From an uncultured Muribaculaceae bacterium (GTDB taxonomy: Bacteria; Bacillota_I; Bacilli_A; RF39; UBA660), in the NCBI GenBank assembly GCA_964591225.1, contig CAZQAO010000001.1, forward strand, positions 6,159 to 41,902: a DNA stretch of 35,744 nt, read 5' to 3'. Within the stretch, counting starts at the first letter, position 1. Every line of letters starts with the position of its first letter. Shown piece by piece: positions 10,287-18,579 of this stretch. The position numbers were made by a program, and so were the translations under genes. Under the pieces are notes generated by a model. That model worked only from the letters and a program-made list of their open reading frames with translations. It had not been told where the DNA came from and did no database searches.

Positions 10287-11240
10287 AGTATTTTTCATTT
10301 CAGGATAAACCCGTTTATTAAAAATATGTTCTTTTACTTCTACTTGGCCGGCATCGGCTTTTTCTAATTCATTCGTAGAAATAAGAAAGTATTTATGTTG
10401 TAAGTAATCTTTGCCATCATCACTAACTGGATCATCCCAAGTTAAATCTAAATGAACCCAATGATTATCTAAGTATAGAGCGTTCCAAACATGACCAGAG
10501 ATATCTTTTTGCATTAATTCGGTTGCTACTTTAAAGTTTTTAATACCCATTTTTTCTAGAAATATTGCCATGGCATCAGTATAACCACTACAAGTGGCAT
10601 AGCCTTCAATAAGTGGTCCATAGGCTTTATAAGATAAGTAGGGAGAATCATTATTAGTATTTCGTTGAACATCATATTTAGAATGATTAATAATATAATC
10701 ATGGATAGTTTTAATTTTTTCATAATCACTCATTTCATTAGTAATGATAGATTCATATATTTTATTAACGGTTTTATCTAACTTTGTTATTTCTTCAGTT
10801 GTATATAAATAATTTAGATTGACATTAATTTCTCCCGATTCTGCTATCGATGTTTGCACGTTAGAAAAACTATTGTAAGGATGAACATAATTATTAATAT
10901 TAGTTAATATTTCGGGATCATTACTAATAGCTTCGGCATCTTCGACACAATTAGTATATTCTCCGGGACAATAAAAAGTAAAATTTTCATAATGACGATT
11001 GGTAATTGTATAAAAAATATTCATTAAATCTTGATAACTTAACGGAATAAAATCATCAGTTTCTTGAACGTAGATAAAATCATCATCTTTGGCATAAGGA
11101 CTACTAGGTTGTAAGACTACTTCCGGATTTTTTTCTAATGATTTAGCAATTTTATCGGTTATTTTATTTAAATTTAAAACGACTCCTAAAATTAAAACCG
11201 AACAAATTAAAGCTACAAAATTATTTTTTAAGAATTTCAA
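10278..11240 (-). CDS. Exported/membrane-anchored transglutaminase-like (Cys-His-Asp) protein
   Basis: IHDYII, ATCSGY, HVWN, DLTWDD; N-terminal hydrophobic segment; sigmaA-type TTGAGT-N17-TAAAAT at 11286-11258. Confidence 0.85.
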   Translation of the reverse strand: MKFLKNNFVALICSVLILGVVLNLNKITDKIAKSLEKNPEVVLQPSSPYAKDDDFIYVQETDDFIPLSYQDLMNIFYTITNRHYENFTFYCPGEYTNCVEDAEAISNDPEILTNINNYVHPYNSFSNVQTSIAESGEINVNLNYLYTTEEITKLDKTVNKIYESIITNEMSDYEKIKTIHDYIINHSKYDVQRNTNNDSPYLSYKAYGPLIEGYATCSGYTDAMAIFLEKMGIKNFKVATELMQKDISGHVWNALYLDNHWVHLDLTWDDPVSDDGKDYLQHKYFLISTNELEKADAGQVEVKEHIFNKRVYPEMKNTSM

Positions 11241-11292
11241 GTTTCATCACCTAATTTATTTTAACATTAAAAAATGAAGTACTCAAGATAAG

Positions 11293-11556
11293 TTACTTCA
11301 TATTTTTTATTTTGTTTGATAATCTTGCTTTTTGTCTAGCGGCAGTATTGGATTTCACTAAACCTTTACTGACAGCATGATCAATATTTTTTTGCATTTC
11401 GTTAAATAAACTGGTGGCTTTTTCTTTATCTCCAGCTTTGATAGCAATATCACAATTTTTGATTAGATTTTTGACTCTAGCTTTTAGTTCATGATTATTA
11501 TCAGTCTTCTTCGCGATAACTTTTATTGCTTTTTTTGAACTTTTAATATTAGCCAT
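11293..11556 (-). CDS. rpsT: 30S ribosomal protein S20
   Basis: MANIKS, IDHAVSKG, NTAARQKARL; ATG at 11556 after GGAAAGGAG. Confidence 0.95.
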   Translation of the reverse strand: MANIKSSKKAIKVIAKKTDNNHELKARVKNLIKNCDIAIKAGDKEKATSLFNEMQKNIDHAVSKGLVKSNTAARQKARLSNKIKNMK

Positions 11557-11584
11557 AAAAATCTCCTTTCCAAACTCATTACTA

Positions 11585-11613
11585 ATTTTATCAAAAGAAA
11601 CCGAACTTTGCAA
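11585..11613 (-). promoter_or_regulatory. sigmaA promoter of rpsT
   Basis: TTGCAA-N17-TAAAAT with TG extension. Confidence 0.65.
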
Positions 11614-11635
11614 GAAAATTTAAGCCGGGAATTGG

Positions 11636-11665
11636 GTTTAATTTTGGTTAATTGGGCGCATACTA
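11636..11665 (+). promoter_or_regulatory. sigmaF/sigmaG-type promoter of gpr
   Basis: GTTTA(11636-11640)-N18-CATACTA(11659-11665), followed by AGGAGG RBS. Confidence 0.6.
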
Positions 11666-11683
11666 TTTTTAGGAGGCAAAGGG

Positions 11684-12427
11684 ATGAAACAAAGTTTATT
11701 CTTGGATACTGGTCTAGAAAAATTAGATAAAAAAGATATGGTTGCAGAAACTAAAAATACTAATTTTCAAACCCTTCATTTTATTGTCAGCAAAGAAAAT
11801 AAGAAACAAGTTAAAAGAGCCGTGGGGGATTATTTTGTCATGCGTTTTACTTATGAAAAATTATATGAAAAACCGGTTATTTTAGAAAAAGAATTAATCA
11901 GAATCTTAAAAAGTTTTATTAAAAAATATCAAAAAGTGGATAAAGTATTAATTGTTGGTTTAGGTAATCAAGAAGTACTAGCTGATTCTTTTGGAATTGA
12001 AGTTACCAACCAAGTTATGGCTACTAATCACTATCAAGATTTTTTAACTATTCCTAAGATTGCTTTATTTAATCCCTCAGTAACCGAGAAAACGGGTATA
12101 AATTCCTATAAATTAATTGAAATGGTGGTTCATGATTTAAAACCTGATTTGATTATTATGATAGATTCTTTAGCGACTAGTCATGAAGATTATTTAAATA
12201 GTGCTATAGAAATTAATAATACCGGTATTATTCCGGGAAGTGCTTTAAATGGAGCCAGGGAAATTAATGAACAAAGTTTTCATATTCCCATTATATCTAT
12301 TGGATTACCTTGTTGCTTTGTATTTCATCACCATATTTATACTAGTACTAATATTAAAGATATTATTTCTTGGAGTGCCGATATTGTGGCTAAAGCTCTT
12401 AATCAAATTTTTATCGAACACCATTAG
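11684..12427 (+). CDS. gpr: Spore germination protease Gpr (shortened)
   Basis: VGLGN...AD, TGI, IMIDSLA, TGIIPGS, PIISIG; rpsT<-/->gpr-spoIIP synteny as in Bacillus. Confidence 0.85.
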   Translation: MKQSLFLDTGLEKLDKKDMVAETKNTNFQTLHFIVSKENKKQVKRAVGDYFVMRFTYEKLYEKPVILEKELIRILKSFIKKYQKVDKVLIVGLGNQEVLADSFGIEVTNQVMATNHYQDFLTIPKIALFNPSVTEKTGINSYKLIEMVVHDLKPDLIIMIDSLATSHEDYLNSAIEINNTGIIPGSALNGAREINEQSFHIPIISIGLPCCFVFHHHIYTSTNIKDIISWSADIVAKALNQIFIEHH

Positions 12428-12440
12428 GGTGTTTTTTTCA

Positions 12441-12467
12441 ACATATTTTTTAAGCTTTTCCATATAT
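12441..12467 (+). promoter_or_regulatory. sigmaE-type promoter of spoIIP
   Basis: ACATATT-N13-CATATAT. Confidence 0.5.
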
Positions 12468-12492
12468 ACTCTATTAAAAAGGAGAATAAAAT

Positions 12493-13443
12493 ATGGCTAA
12501 AAGATTTAAAACCAAGAAAAAGCTCAAATGGAAATATCAGTTTTTATTATTTATAATCTTTGGAGGACTAGCTTTTTTGGGTATTTTTAATCTATTTTAT
12601 ACACATTTTAATAGTCATATCGATAAAGATAAAGTTATTGAAGCGATGATTGATTACCAATTAAATACTAGCGATGAACAAAATATATTCTATGATATTA
12701 TTAGTTTAAATAGTACTGATTTTTTATTAAAGTATACTTTAGGGGTCGAATTAAAAGAAGAAAATATTGAAGCGGTAAGTGGCATCGAAGCTGAGTATAT
12801 TGAAGATCCTTACGAAAGTCATATCGAAAATCCCATTATTTATATCTATAATACGCATCAAAGTGAAGGTTATCAAAAAAGTAATAATGCTGCTTATAAT
12901 ATTACCCCTAGTGTTTTAATGGCAAGCTATATATTACGCGAATCATTAAATGATTTAAATATTCCTACTTTAGTAGAAACTAATGATATCACTGAGATTT
13001 TACGAATTCATAATTGGCAATATAAATATTCGTATGCTGCTAGTAAAATTTTAATGGAAGATGCCATTCAAAAAAATCCTAATCTTAGTTATTTTATTGA
13101 TTTACATCGTGATAGTATGAATTATGAAGTGACAACTACTACTATCGATAACCAAAAATATGCCAAAATTCTCTTTGTAATTGGTAAAGATTACGAAGGC
13201 TATGAACAAAACTTAGCTTTGGCAGAAAAACTAAATGAAAAGATTAAAAATATTAATCCTTCTTTAACTAGAGGCATAAGTTTAAAAGGAGGAAGTGGTG
13301 TCAATGGTATATATAATCAAGATATTAGTAGAAAAGCTATCTTAATTGAACTAGGAGGTCAATATAATACAATTCAAGAAGTAAGTAATACCATTACGAT
13401 TTTATCCCAAGTTCTTAAAGAAGTAGTGGAGGAAGGCTTATGA
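12493..13443 (+). CDS. spoIIP: Stage II sporulation protein P (engulfment amidase/endopeptidase)
   Basis: IYNTHQSEGY, IDLHRDS, NGIYNQD, LIELGG; follows gpr. Confidence 0.93.
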   Translation: MAKRFKTKKKLKWKYQFLLFIIFGGLAFLGIFNLFYTHFNSHIDKDKVIEAMIDYQLNTSDEQNIFYDIISLNSTDFLLKYTLGVELKEENIEAVSGIEAEYIEDPYESHIENPIIYIYNTHQSEGYQKSNNAAYNITPSVLMASYILRESLNDLNIPTLVETNDITEILRIHNWQYKYSYAASKILMEDAIQKNPNLSYFIDLHRDSMNYEVTTTTIDNQKYAKILFVIGKDYEGYEQNLALAEKLNEKIKNINPSLTRGISLKGGSGVNGIYNQDISRKAILIELGGQYNTIQEVSNTITILSQVLKEVVEEGL

Positions 13444-13769
13444 AAAAAAATAAGAAACCGAATTGGTTTTTACGGATTTTAAACTTATTATTTTTTATCT
13501 TTATTAGTTTATATATTGCTTTAGAAAGTGGGTATTATGATTCGAGATTAGCGAAAAAGACAGCTATGACTAACGAAAGTATTAAACAATTTGAACAAGA
13601 TATCAAAGACAATAAACCGATTGATTTAAAAGATTATACTTATGAAGAACATAAAGATTATAGTAATAATACGACCGATGCGGCAATATTTATCGGTACT
13701 AAAGTGGAGAAATTTATGGCTTCGGGAATTCACGATATATTTGACATAATTAAATCTTTGGTTACATAA
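13440..13769 (+). CDS. Small membrane protein, positional equivalent of YqxA
   Basis: 109 aa, N-terminal TM, overlaps spoIIP stop (ATGA), GGAGG RBS. Confidence 0.6.
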   Translation: MKKNKKPNWFLRILNLLFFIFISLYIALESGYYDSRLAKKTAMTNESIKQFEQDIKDNKPIDLKDYTYEEHKDYSNNTTDAAIFIGTKVEKFMASGIHDIFDIIKSLVT

Positions 13770-13772
13770 TAT

Positions 13773-13801
13773 TTGCATTTTTTAAATAAATGGGTTATAG
13801 T
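13773..13801 (+). promoter_or_regulatory. sigmaA promoter
   Basis: TTGCAT-N17-TATAGT. Confidence 0.6.
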
Positions 13802-13831
13802 ATTAGAGTTCGTTAAAAAGGAGGTCTATAA

Positions 13832-14536
13832 ATGTTTCAAGAAAAAGATGCCCATATTGTTAAAAAAATCGCCGAATATGCTAAAGCTAAAGCATCAGAA
13901 TTAGAGAAAAATCCTCAAGGTGATTTTTATTACTACTATGATCTTGCCAAACTCCATTTTGTGGGCGAATTTGATTTAATTGTTCCCGATTGGATTTTTG
14001 ATAATAAAAGAGAAAATATGTTAAAAACTGAAATTGGCAATCTTCATTTATTTGAATTAGCAATATGTTTAGAAATGGATACTATTTTAGATTGTTTAGA
14101 AAATATTGAGGTTGATTATGATGGTAAGAGTCATTTTTTAGAATATTGTTTAGAACAACATTTAAATTTTTATCAAGATGAACATAATATTGAAAAATAT
14201 TGTTCGGCTTGTATTTTCTTAAATCGAATAACTACTGTTATGCAACAAGGATATTCTTTTCGCGAAGCTCAAAAAAGATGTTGTCAAGAAACATATAAGG
14301 GATATTTAAGATATATTGAGAGAAATCCTGATCGTTTATCTAGTGAATACTTTAATAAGCGTCATGATTTTATTTCCGAAATGCATGATGAAGAAGTTTC
14401 TATTTTAGATCAAACTAATTTATTAGAAAAATTAGGATTAGATGTAGAAACTATTGAAGATATCAAACAAAATGATAAAGATACTAAAAATAGCAGGACT
14501 TTAAAACCTAGACGAGTACTAGCTAAATCAAAATAA
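13832..14536 (+). CDS. Hypothetical protein
   Basis: 234-aa ORF with AAGGAGG RBS and own promoter; no recognised motif. Confidence 0.75.
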   Translation: MFQEKDAHIVKKIAEYAKAKASELEKNPQGDFYYYYDLAKLHFVGEFDLIVPDWIFDNKRENMLKTEIGNLHLFELAICLEMDTILDCLENIEVDYDGKSHFLEYCLEQHLNFYQDEHNIEKYCSACIFLNRITTVMQQGYSFREAQKRCCQETYKGYLRYIERNPDRLSSEYFNKRHDFISEMHDEEVSILDQTNLLEKLGLDVETIEDIKQNDKDTKNSRTLKPRRVLAKSK

Positions 14537-14559
14537 ACATAAATCATAGTGAAATATGT

Positions 14560-15669
14560 TTATTTTTTTATGATGGTATGTTTTTGTTCATAAAGATAAG
14601 TATTAGTATTTAATAATATGTCGTATAGAATTGAGGCTTTTTGTTCATATTGAGATAAAATCGATTTTTTATTACGAGCAAGAGAAATATCCATTTTAGA
14701 GCGAATGCTATTTAAGTAAGAACGACCTTTATCATTAAAACCTAAGATAGTTATTGTATCCATTTTCGTTTGGGCATCTTCTTTGGTAATTCCTAAAAGT
14801 ATATGAATAAACATTCTTTTTAAGCGATTATAAGTATAACGTTTCGTTTTTATTTTAGTAATAAATTCTTCTAAAGAATAACAATTAATTATTTGCTTCT
14901 TTAATCTATTTTCTATACCTTCATCGACAGTTAGAAATTGCTCTAAATGAGGTGTCGTTAATATTTTTACTTTTAAAAGTTGAAAAAATAATGATTCATT
15001 AACAATTTTAAGACAAGGTAATACTTTTGCAGGAACGTAATTAGCAATATTTTCTTTTTGCGCTAGTTTATGACGAATATTAGCAGCACTAATAATAGCA
15101 TTCGTACTATTTAAATCATGATAACTACTAGTTCTTTGTATACATATTGGTTCAATCGGCCAATTATTCTTTTGAATAGCTTTGATATAAGAAATACCTA
15201 GTAAATCATTAGGATTATTAAAATCAAAATCAATATCTATAGCTTTAGCCAGAGCTGTCGGATAATTATATCCTTGTTTTAAAAATGTTTCTAGTTTTTT
15301 AGGAAATTCGGGTTTTAATTGTTCATTGCTTATCTTTTTTAAAAGTTCTAATTGGTTCGATTCACTGCCAAAAACTATTTTGTTAACTTTTAATAAATGT
15401 AAGATTTTAATAGCAGCTTCCGCAAACTGATCAGCAGCTTGGGTTCCATATAAAACGGGAAGTTCGACGATTAAATCAATTTGATAATCGAGAGCCAGTT
15501 TAATTTTATCTTCTTTGGTTAGCAGACTAATTTCACCGCGTTGTAAAAAGTAACCATTTAAAACTAAGACGATAACGGCCTCAGGATTCATTTTCTTAAT
15601 TTGGTTTAAATGATAGATATGCCCATTATGAAAAGGATTATATTCACAAATAATTCCAATACTTTCCAT
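14560..15669 (-). CDS. tmcAL: tRNA(Met) cytidine acetate ligase (YlbM family)
   Basis: GIICEYNPFHNGH, FLQRGE, FGSE, PNDLLG, SAANIR, EGIENR, TKRYT; divergent from yceD-rpmF. Confidence 0.93.
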   Translation of the reverse strand: MESIGIICEYNPFHNGHIYHLNQIKKMNPEAVIVLVLNGYFLQRGEISLLTKEDKIKLALDYQIDLIVELPVLYGTQAADQFAEAAIKILHLLKVNKIVFGSESNQLELLKKISNEQLKPEFPKKLETFLKQGYNYPTALAKAIDIDFDFNNPNDLLGISYIKAIQKNNWPIEPICIQRTSSYHDLNSTNAIISAANIRHKLAQKENIANYVPAKVLPCLKIVNESLFFQLLKVKILTTPHLEQFLTVDEGIENRLKKQIINCYSLEEFITKIKTKRYTYNRLKRMFIHILLGITKEDAQTKMDTITILGFNDKGRSYLNSIRSKMDISLARNKKSILSQYEQKASILYDILLNTNTYLYEQKHTIIKK

Positions 15670-15688
15670 CTTTGCCTCCTTTTAAGCC

Positions 15689-15728
15689 ATTATAAAAGAT
15701 TGTAACTTTTATAGCAATAGTATATAAT
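15689..15728. promoter_or_regulatory. Overlapping divergent sigmaA promoters (tmcAL and yceD-rpmF)
   Basis: Minus: TTGCTA-N17-TATAAT (15717-15689); plus: TTGTAA-N17-TATAAT (15700-15728). Confidence 0.65.
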
Positions 15729-15747
15729 AAATGGTGGTGAAGATGGT

Positions 15748-16233
15748 ATGAAAATTAATTTAGCCAAAATACCTACAGATGGTTTAAATATTGATGAAGA
15801 TGTAGTTTTAGATAAAGATATTTATAGTCATACAGACGTTTTAGATATTGAAAAAATGCATATAAAAGGAACAATTACATATGATTATGAAGAGAATCTA
15901 GTATTAGATTTAAATGTGGAAGGACAGTTTTTACTTAAAGATGCTGTTACCCTAGAACCAATAACTTATCCCTTTACTTGTAAAATAGAGGATAAAATAG
16001 AAGATGTAGCTTTAAGATGTGGTGATTTTTTCGAAAAAAATAAAAATTTACTTGATATTAGTGAGATTTTATGGGAAAATATTGTACTGGAAATTCCTAT
16101 AAGTGTTACTCATGCGAATACTAGTGATAGGCTTTTGCACGGCGATGGCTGGGAATTAAAAAACGAAAACGTCAAAAAAATTGATCCAAGATTAGCTAAA
16201 TTAACGGAGCTACTTGAAAACGGGAAGGAGTGA
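15748..16233 (+). CDS. yceD: DUF177/YceD-family 23S rRNA accumulation protein
   Basis: [17 protein letters not shown]-terminal IDPRLAKL; upstream of rpmF. Confidence 0.9.
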   Translation: MKINLAKIPTDGLNIDEDVVLDKDIYSHTDVLDIEKMHIKGTITYDYEENLVLDLNVEGQFLLKDAVTLEPITYPFTCKIEDKIEDVALRCGDFFEKNKNLLDISEILWENIVLEIPISVTHANTSDRLLHGDGWELKNENVKKIDPRLAKLTELLENGKE

Positions 16234-16237
16234 GATT

Positions 16238-16447
16238 ATGTTAAAACTTGACATTCAAAAGTTTGCTGTTCCCTTTAGAAGAACTAGTAAAACTAAAAAA
16301 AGAATGCGTCGGACTCACTTAAAAAAAGAGGTAGGAGCAATTAAAACATGTCCTAATTGTGGGGCAGCATTAAGACCTCATCGGGCTTGTACTAAGTGTG
16401 GAAATTACAAGAATAAAGAAGTCATTAAAATGAATGAAGAAAAGTAG
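16238..16447 (+). CDS. rpmF: 50S ribosomal protein L32 with N-terminal 9-aa extension
   Basis: [32 protein letters not shown]; ATG at 16238 after GGAAGGAGTG. Confidence 0.96.
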   Translation: MLKLDIQKFAVPFRRTSKTKKRMRRTHLKKEVGAIKTCPNCGAALRPHRACTKCGNYKNKEVIKMNEEK

Positions 16448-16469
16448 ACGAGAGTGCGTTTACTTTTTT
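16441..16469 (+). terminator. Intrinsic terminator after rpmF
   Basis: AAAGTAGACG-agagtg-CGTTTACTTT followed by T run. Confidence 0.6.
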
Positions 16470-16476
16470 ATATTAT

Positions 16477-16504
16477 AAAAAAAAGCCTTATAACGGGCTT
16501 TTTT
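16477..16504 (-). terminator. Intrinsic terminator after tRNA-Arg(TCT)
   Basis: A-run AGCC...GGCT T-run hairpin. Confidence 0.6.
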
Positions 16505-16513
16505 ATATCTTTA

Positions 16514-16590
16514 TGGTGTCCTCGGAGTGATTCGAACACTCGACCGTACGCTTAGAAGGCGTATGCTCTATCCAGCTGAGCTACGAGGAC
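16514..16590 (-). tRNA. tRNA-Arg(TCT)
   Basis: Reverse complement: GTCCTCG/CGAGGAC acceptor, TACGC-CTTCTAA-GCGTA anticodon arm, TTCGAAT, CCA. Confidence 0.96.
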
Positions 16591-16613
16591 AAATAATCAG
16601 CTAAGACATACTG

Positions 16614-16642
16614 ATTATATAATAATATTATGGATTATTCAA
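16614..16642 (-). promoter_or_regulatory. sigmaA promoter of tRNA-Arg(TCT)
   Basis: TTGAAT-N17-TATAAT. Confidence 0.7.
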
Positions 16643-17588
16643 GGGAATTTATCACTAAATTCATATTTTTACCGTCATCTAAGACATTAAATTCAACCTT
16701 GTCAATATTATAAGTATCGCGTAAAGATAAAAAAATAGTATATTGAACTTCTTCGACAATTTTATCTTCTTCAAAGTCATCGAGTAAATATTTATTAAAA
16801 CTTAATTTAATTTCATTTTCTTTGATTTCATAATCAGTTATTTCGGCGTTAGCATTTAAATAACTAATTAATTTGCTTTCATATATTGGCGAAGATTTTA
16901 ATTTTTCAATGATAATTTCTACTTTTTCTTGATCGGTATTTGCAACATAAGTAATAGGAACATAATAAAAAACATCTTGGGTTTTACTACCATAATAAAT
17001 AGTAGTTTTTTTAGTATCTTTTAAAGAATCAATTTCATAAACTTTATTGATTCCAAAATTTTTATCTAATACTGGTGGTAATTTTTCTTTACTAAAAGGT
17101 AATTCGGTTAAGCCAACGCCATCGACGAAGATAAGTATTTGTTTAACTTCGGGTAATTCGGTTAAAGAATAGACAATGGCTTCAATCATTTTTCGTTCCT
17201 TTTTTTCGGTTGTATTTAATAGTTCTTTAGAGAAATCTAGTTTTACTAAGCCATTTTCTAAAGTGACACTATTTAATTTGGTCCCCGCCGGAATAATTCC
17301 TGAAAAATTATTAGGAATATATTCACTTTCAGGGCTTTTAAGAGTTAAAGTTTTAATAATTTCTTTTATTTTGGCAAGAGGTTCTTTTTCTTTCATCATA
17401 ATATTAACCCTAGCTACTAACTCTTCTTGATCAATTAAATAAATAGCACTTTTTTCAATATTGTTATAAGTTAGTGTTTGGGGCCATTTGGGGCTTTCTA
17501 ATTTGGTGGGAAATAAATAGGTAACTACGAGGATAATAAGGGCTAGAGTAGAAACAGTTAGTCGTCTAATAATACCTTTTTTTAACAT
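16635..17588 (-). CDS. gerM: Sporulation/germination protein GerM (two GerMN domains)
   Basis: IIPAGTKL, LDFSKEL, EAIVYSLTELPEVKQILIFVDG, GIN, TIYY, YYVPIT; downstream of gerE; ATG at 17588 after AGGTG. Confidence 0.88.
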   Translation of the reverse strand: MLKKGIIRRLTVSTLALIILVVTYLFPTKLESPKWPQTLTYNNIEKSAIYLIDQEELVARVNIMMKEKEPLAKIKEIIKTLTLKSPESEYIPNNFSGIIPAGTKLNSVTLENGLVKLDFSKELLNTTEKKERKMIEAIVYSLTELPEVKQILIFVDGVGLTELPFSKEKLPPVLDKNFGINKVYEIDSLKDTKKTTIYYGSKTQDVFYYVPITYVANTDQEKVEIIIEKLKSSPIYESKLISYLNANAEITDYEIKENEIKLSFNKYLLDDFEEDKIVEEVQYTIFLSLRDTYNIDKVEFNVLDDGKNMNLVINSLE

Positions 17589-17605
17589 ATTTTTCACCTA
17601 ATAAA

Positions 17606-17632
17606 CTATATGAAAGGGATGATTATTTATGC
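17606..17632 (-). promoter_or_regulatory. sigmaE-type promoter of gerM
   Basis: GCATAAA-N13-CATATAG. Confidence 0.55.
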
Positions 17633-17640
17633 GTTTAAAT

Positions 17641-17665
17641 AAAAAAATCTCATCTAAAAGATGAG
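17641..17665 (-). terminator. Intrinsic terminator after gerE
   Basis: CTCATC-N5-GATGAG followed by T run on the minus strand. Confidence 0.6.
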
Positions 17666-17671
17666 CCACTT

Positions 17672-17881
17672 TTATTGGATATTAATTTCTCCCAGTTTGA
17701 TTAATTCAACTACCGCTTGGGCACGTCCTTTAACCCCTAATTTTTGCATGGCATTTGAAATGTGATTGCGGACAGTTTTTTCACTAATTTGTAAATGTTC
17801 AGCAATATCTTTGGTGGATTTATTAACGATTAATAATTCAAATATTTCTTGTTCTCTAGCCGTTAGAATACCTTTTTTCAT
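17672..17881 (-). CDS. gerE: Mother-cell LuxR-type regulator GerE
   Basis: LTAREQEIFELL..ISEKTVRNHISNAMQKLGVKGRAQAVVEL closely matches Bacillus GerE. Confidence 0.95.
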   Translation of the reverse strand: MKKGILTAREQEIFELLIVNKSTKDIAEHLQISEKTVRNHISNAMQKLGVKGRAQAVVELIKLGEINIQ

Positions 17882-17917
17882 GTTTTCTCCTCACTTTCCT
17901 TCATACATAAACTACTT

Positions 17918-17946
17918 TATTTTATGAAGGATTTGATTTTGAGTGA
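17918..17946 (-). promoter_or_regulatory. sigmaK-type promoter of gerE
   Basis: TCAC-N16-CATAAAATA. Confidence 0.65.
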
Positions 17947-17970
17947 GAATAAGTGCCTAGAAAATGTGTA

Positions 17971-18465
17971 TTATCCTTGAAATTTAACAGTAATATACAT
18001 TTTTTGGTCAAATTCTTCTTGGACTGAGCGAATAATATTGTTAGCTATTTTGGCATTATGTTCTTTACTGGCAATGGTAACATTTACTTCGGCATTTTTA
18101 ATTTTGACGAAAGAATCTAATTGGTAAGTATCTTTGATTTTTTGTTCTAATTTTTCTTCTTTGCCTTTATTGGCATTTAGTGTTTGAAGAGAATCATAAG
18201 CATCATTTTTTTCTTGAAGTGAAGCTGTATCATCTAAAAGAATTGTTTGGAGATTTTCCATTTCCGCCATCGTTTCTTCTTCATCTTGAACTCGTAAAGA
18301 TACTAAAACGCTACTTTCAGTTGCTTCAACACTACTTTCATTATTTTCAACATTACTAGTAGTAATAGAAAGTAAATCATCATTTTTAACGGTAACATAA
18401 TAAATACTTAATACTAATATTAAACTAAACAATGTAACAAACCACAATCCTTGTTTATTTATCAT
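17971..18465 (-). CDS. spoIIIAH: Stage III sporulation protein AH-like
   Basis: KQGLWFVTLFSLILVLSIYY N-terminus; ASLQEKNDAYD; C-terminal SFVKI..VNVTI..ANNII..ITVKF ring-building domain. Confidence 0.88.
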   Translation of the reverse strand: MINKQGLWFVTLFSLILVLSIYYVTVKNDDLLSITTSNVENNESSVEATESSVLVSLRVQDEEETMAEMENLQTILLDDTASLQEKNDAYDSLQTLNANKGKEEKLEQKIKDTYQLDSFVKIKNAEVNVTIASKEHNAKIANNIIRSVQEEFDQKMYITVKFQG

Positions 18466-18487
18466 TTTATCCCTCCAGTTTAGTAAA

Positions 18488-18514
18488 ATATACGTTTTTT
18501 ATTTTGAATTATGC
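18488..18514 (-). promoter_or_regulatory. sigmaE-type promoter of spoIIIAH
   Basis: GCATAAT-N13-CGTATAT. Confidence 0.5.
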
Positions 18515-18579
18515 TAATTTACAAGTAATTTTTTAAATGTTATAATGAAAAAGATTTAGAAAATAGTTTAGGTGATCGA

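Noticed and set aside
16214-16237. Longer rpmF start from the ORF track (likewise rpsT 11613 and stp 22018)
   Set aside because: RBS placement supports the downstream ATGs
16450-16590. tRNA-anchored island or prophage at either tRNA-Arg
   Set aside because: No integrase and no duplicated tRNA 3' end seen; flanks are housekeeping genes
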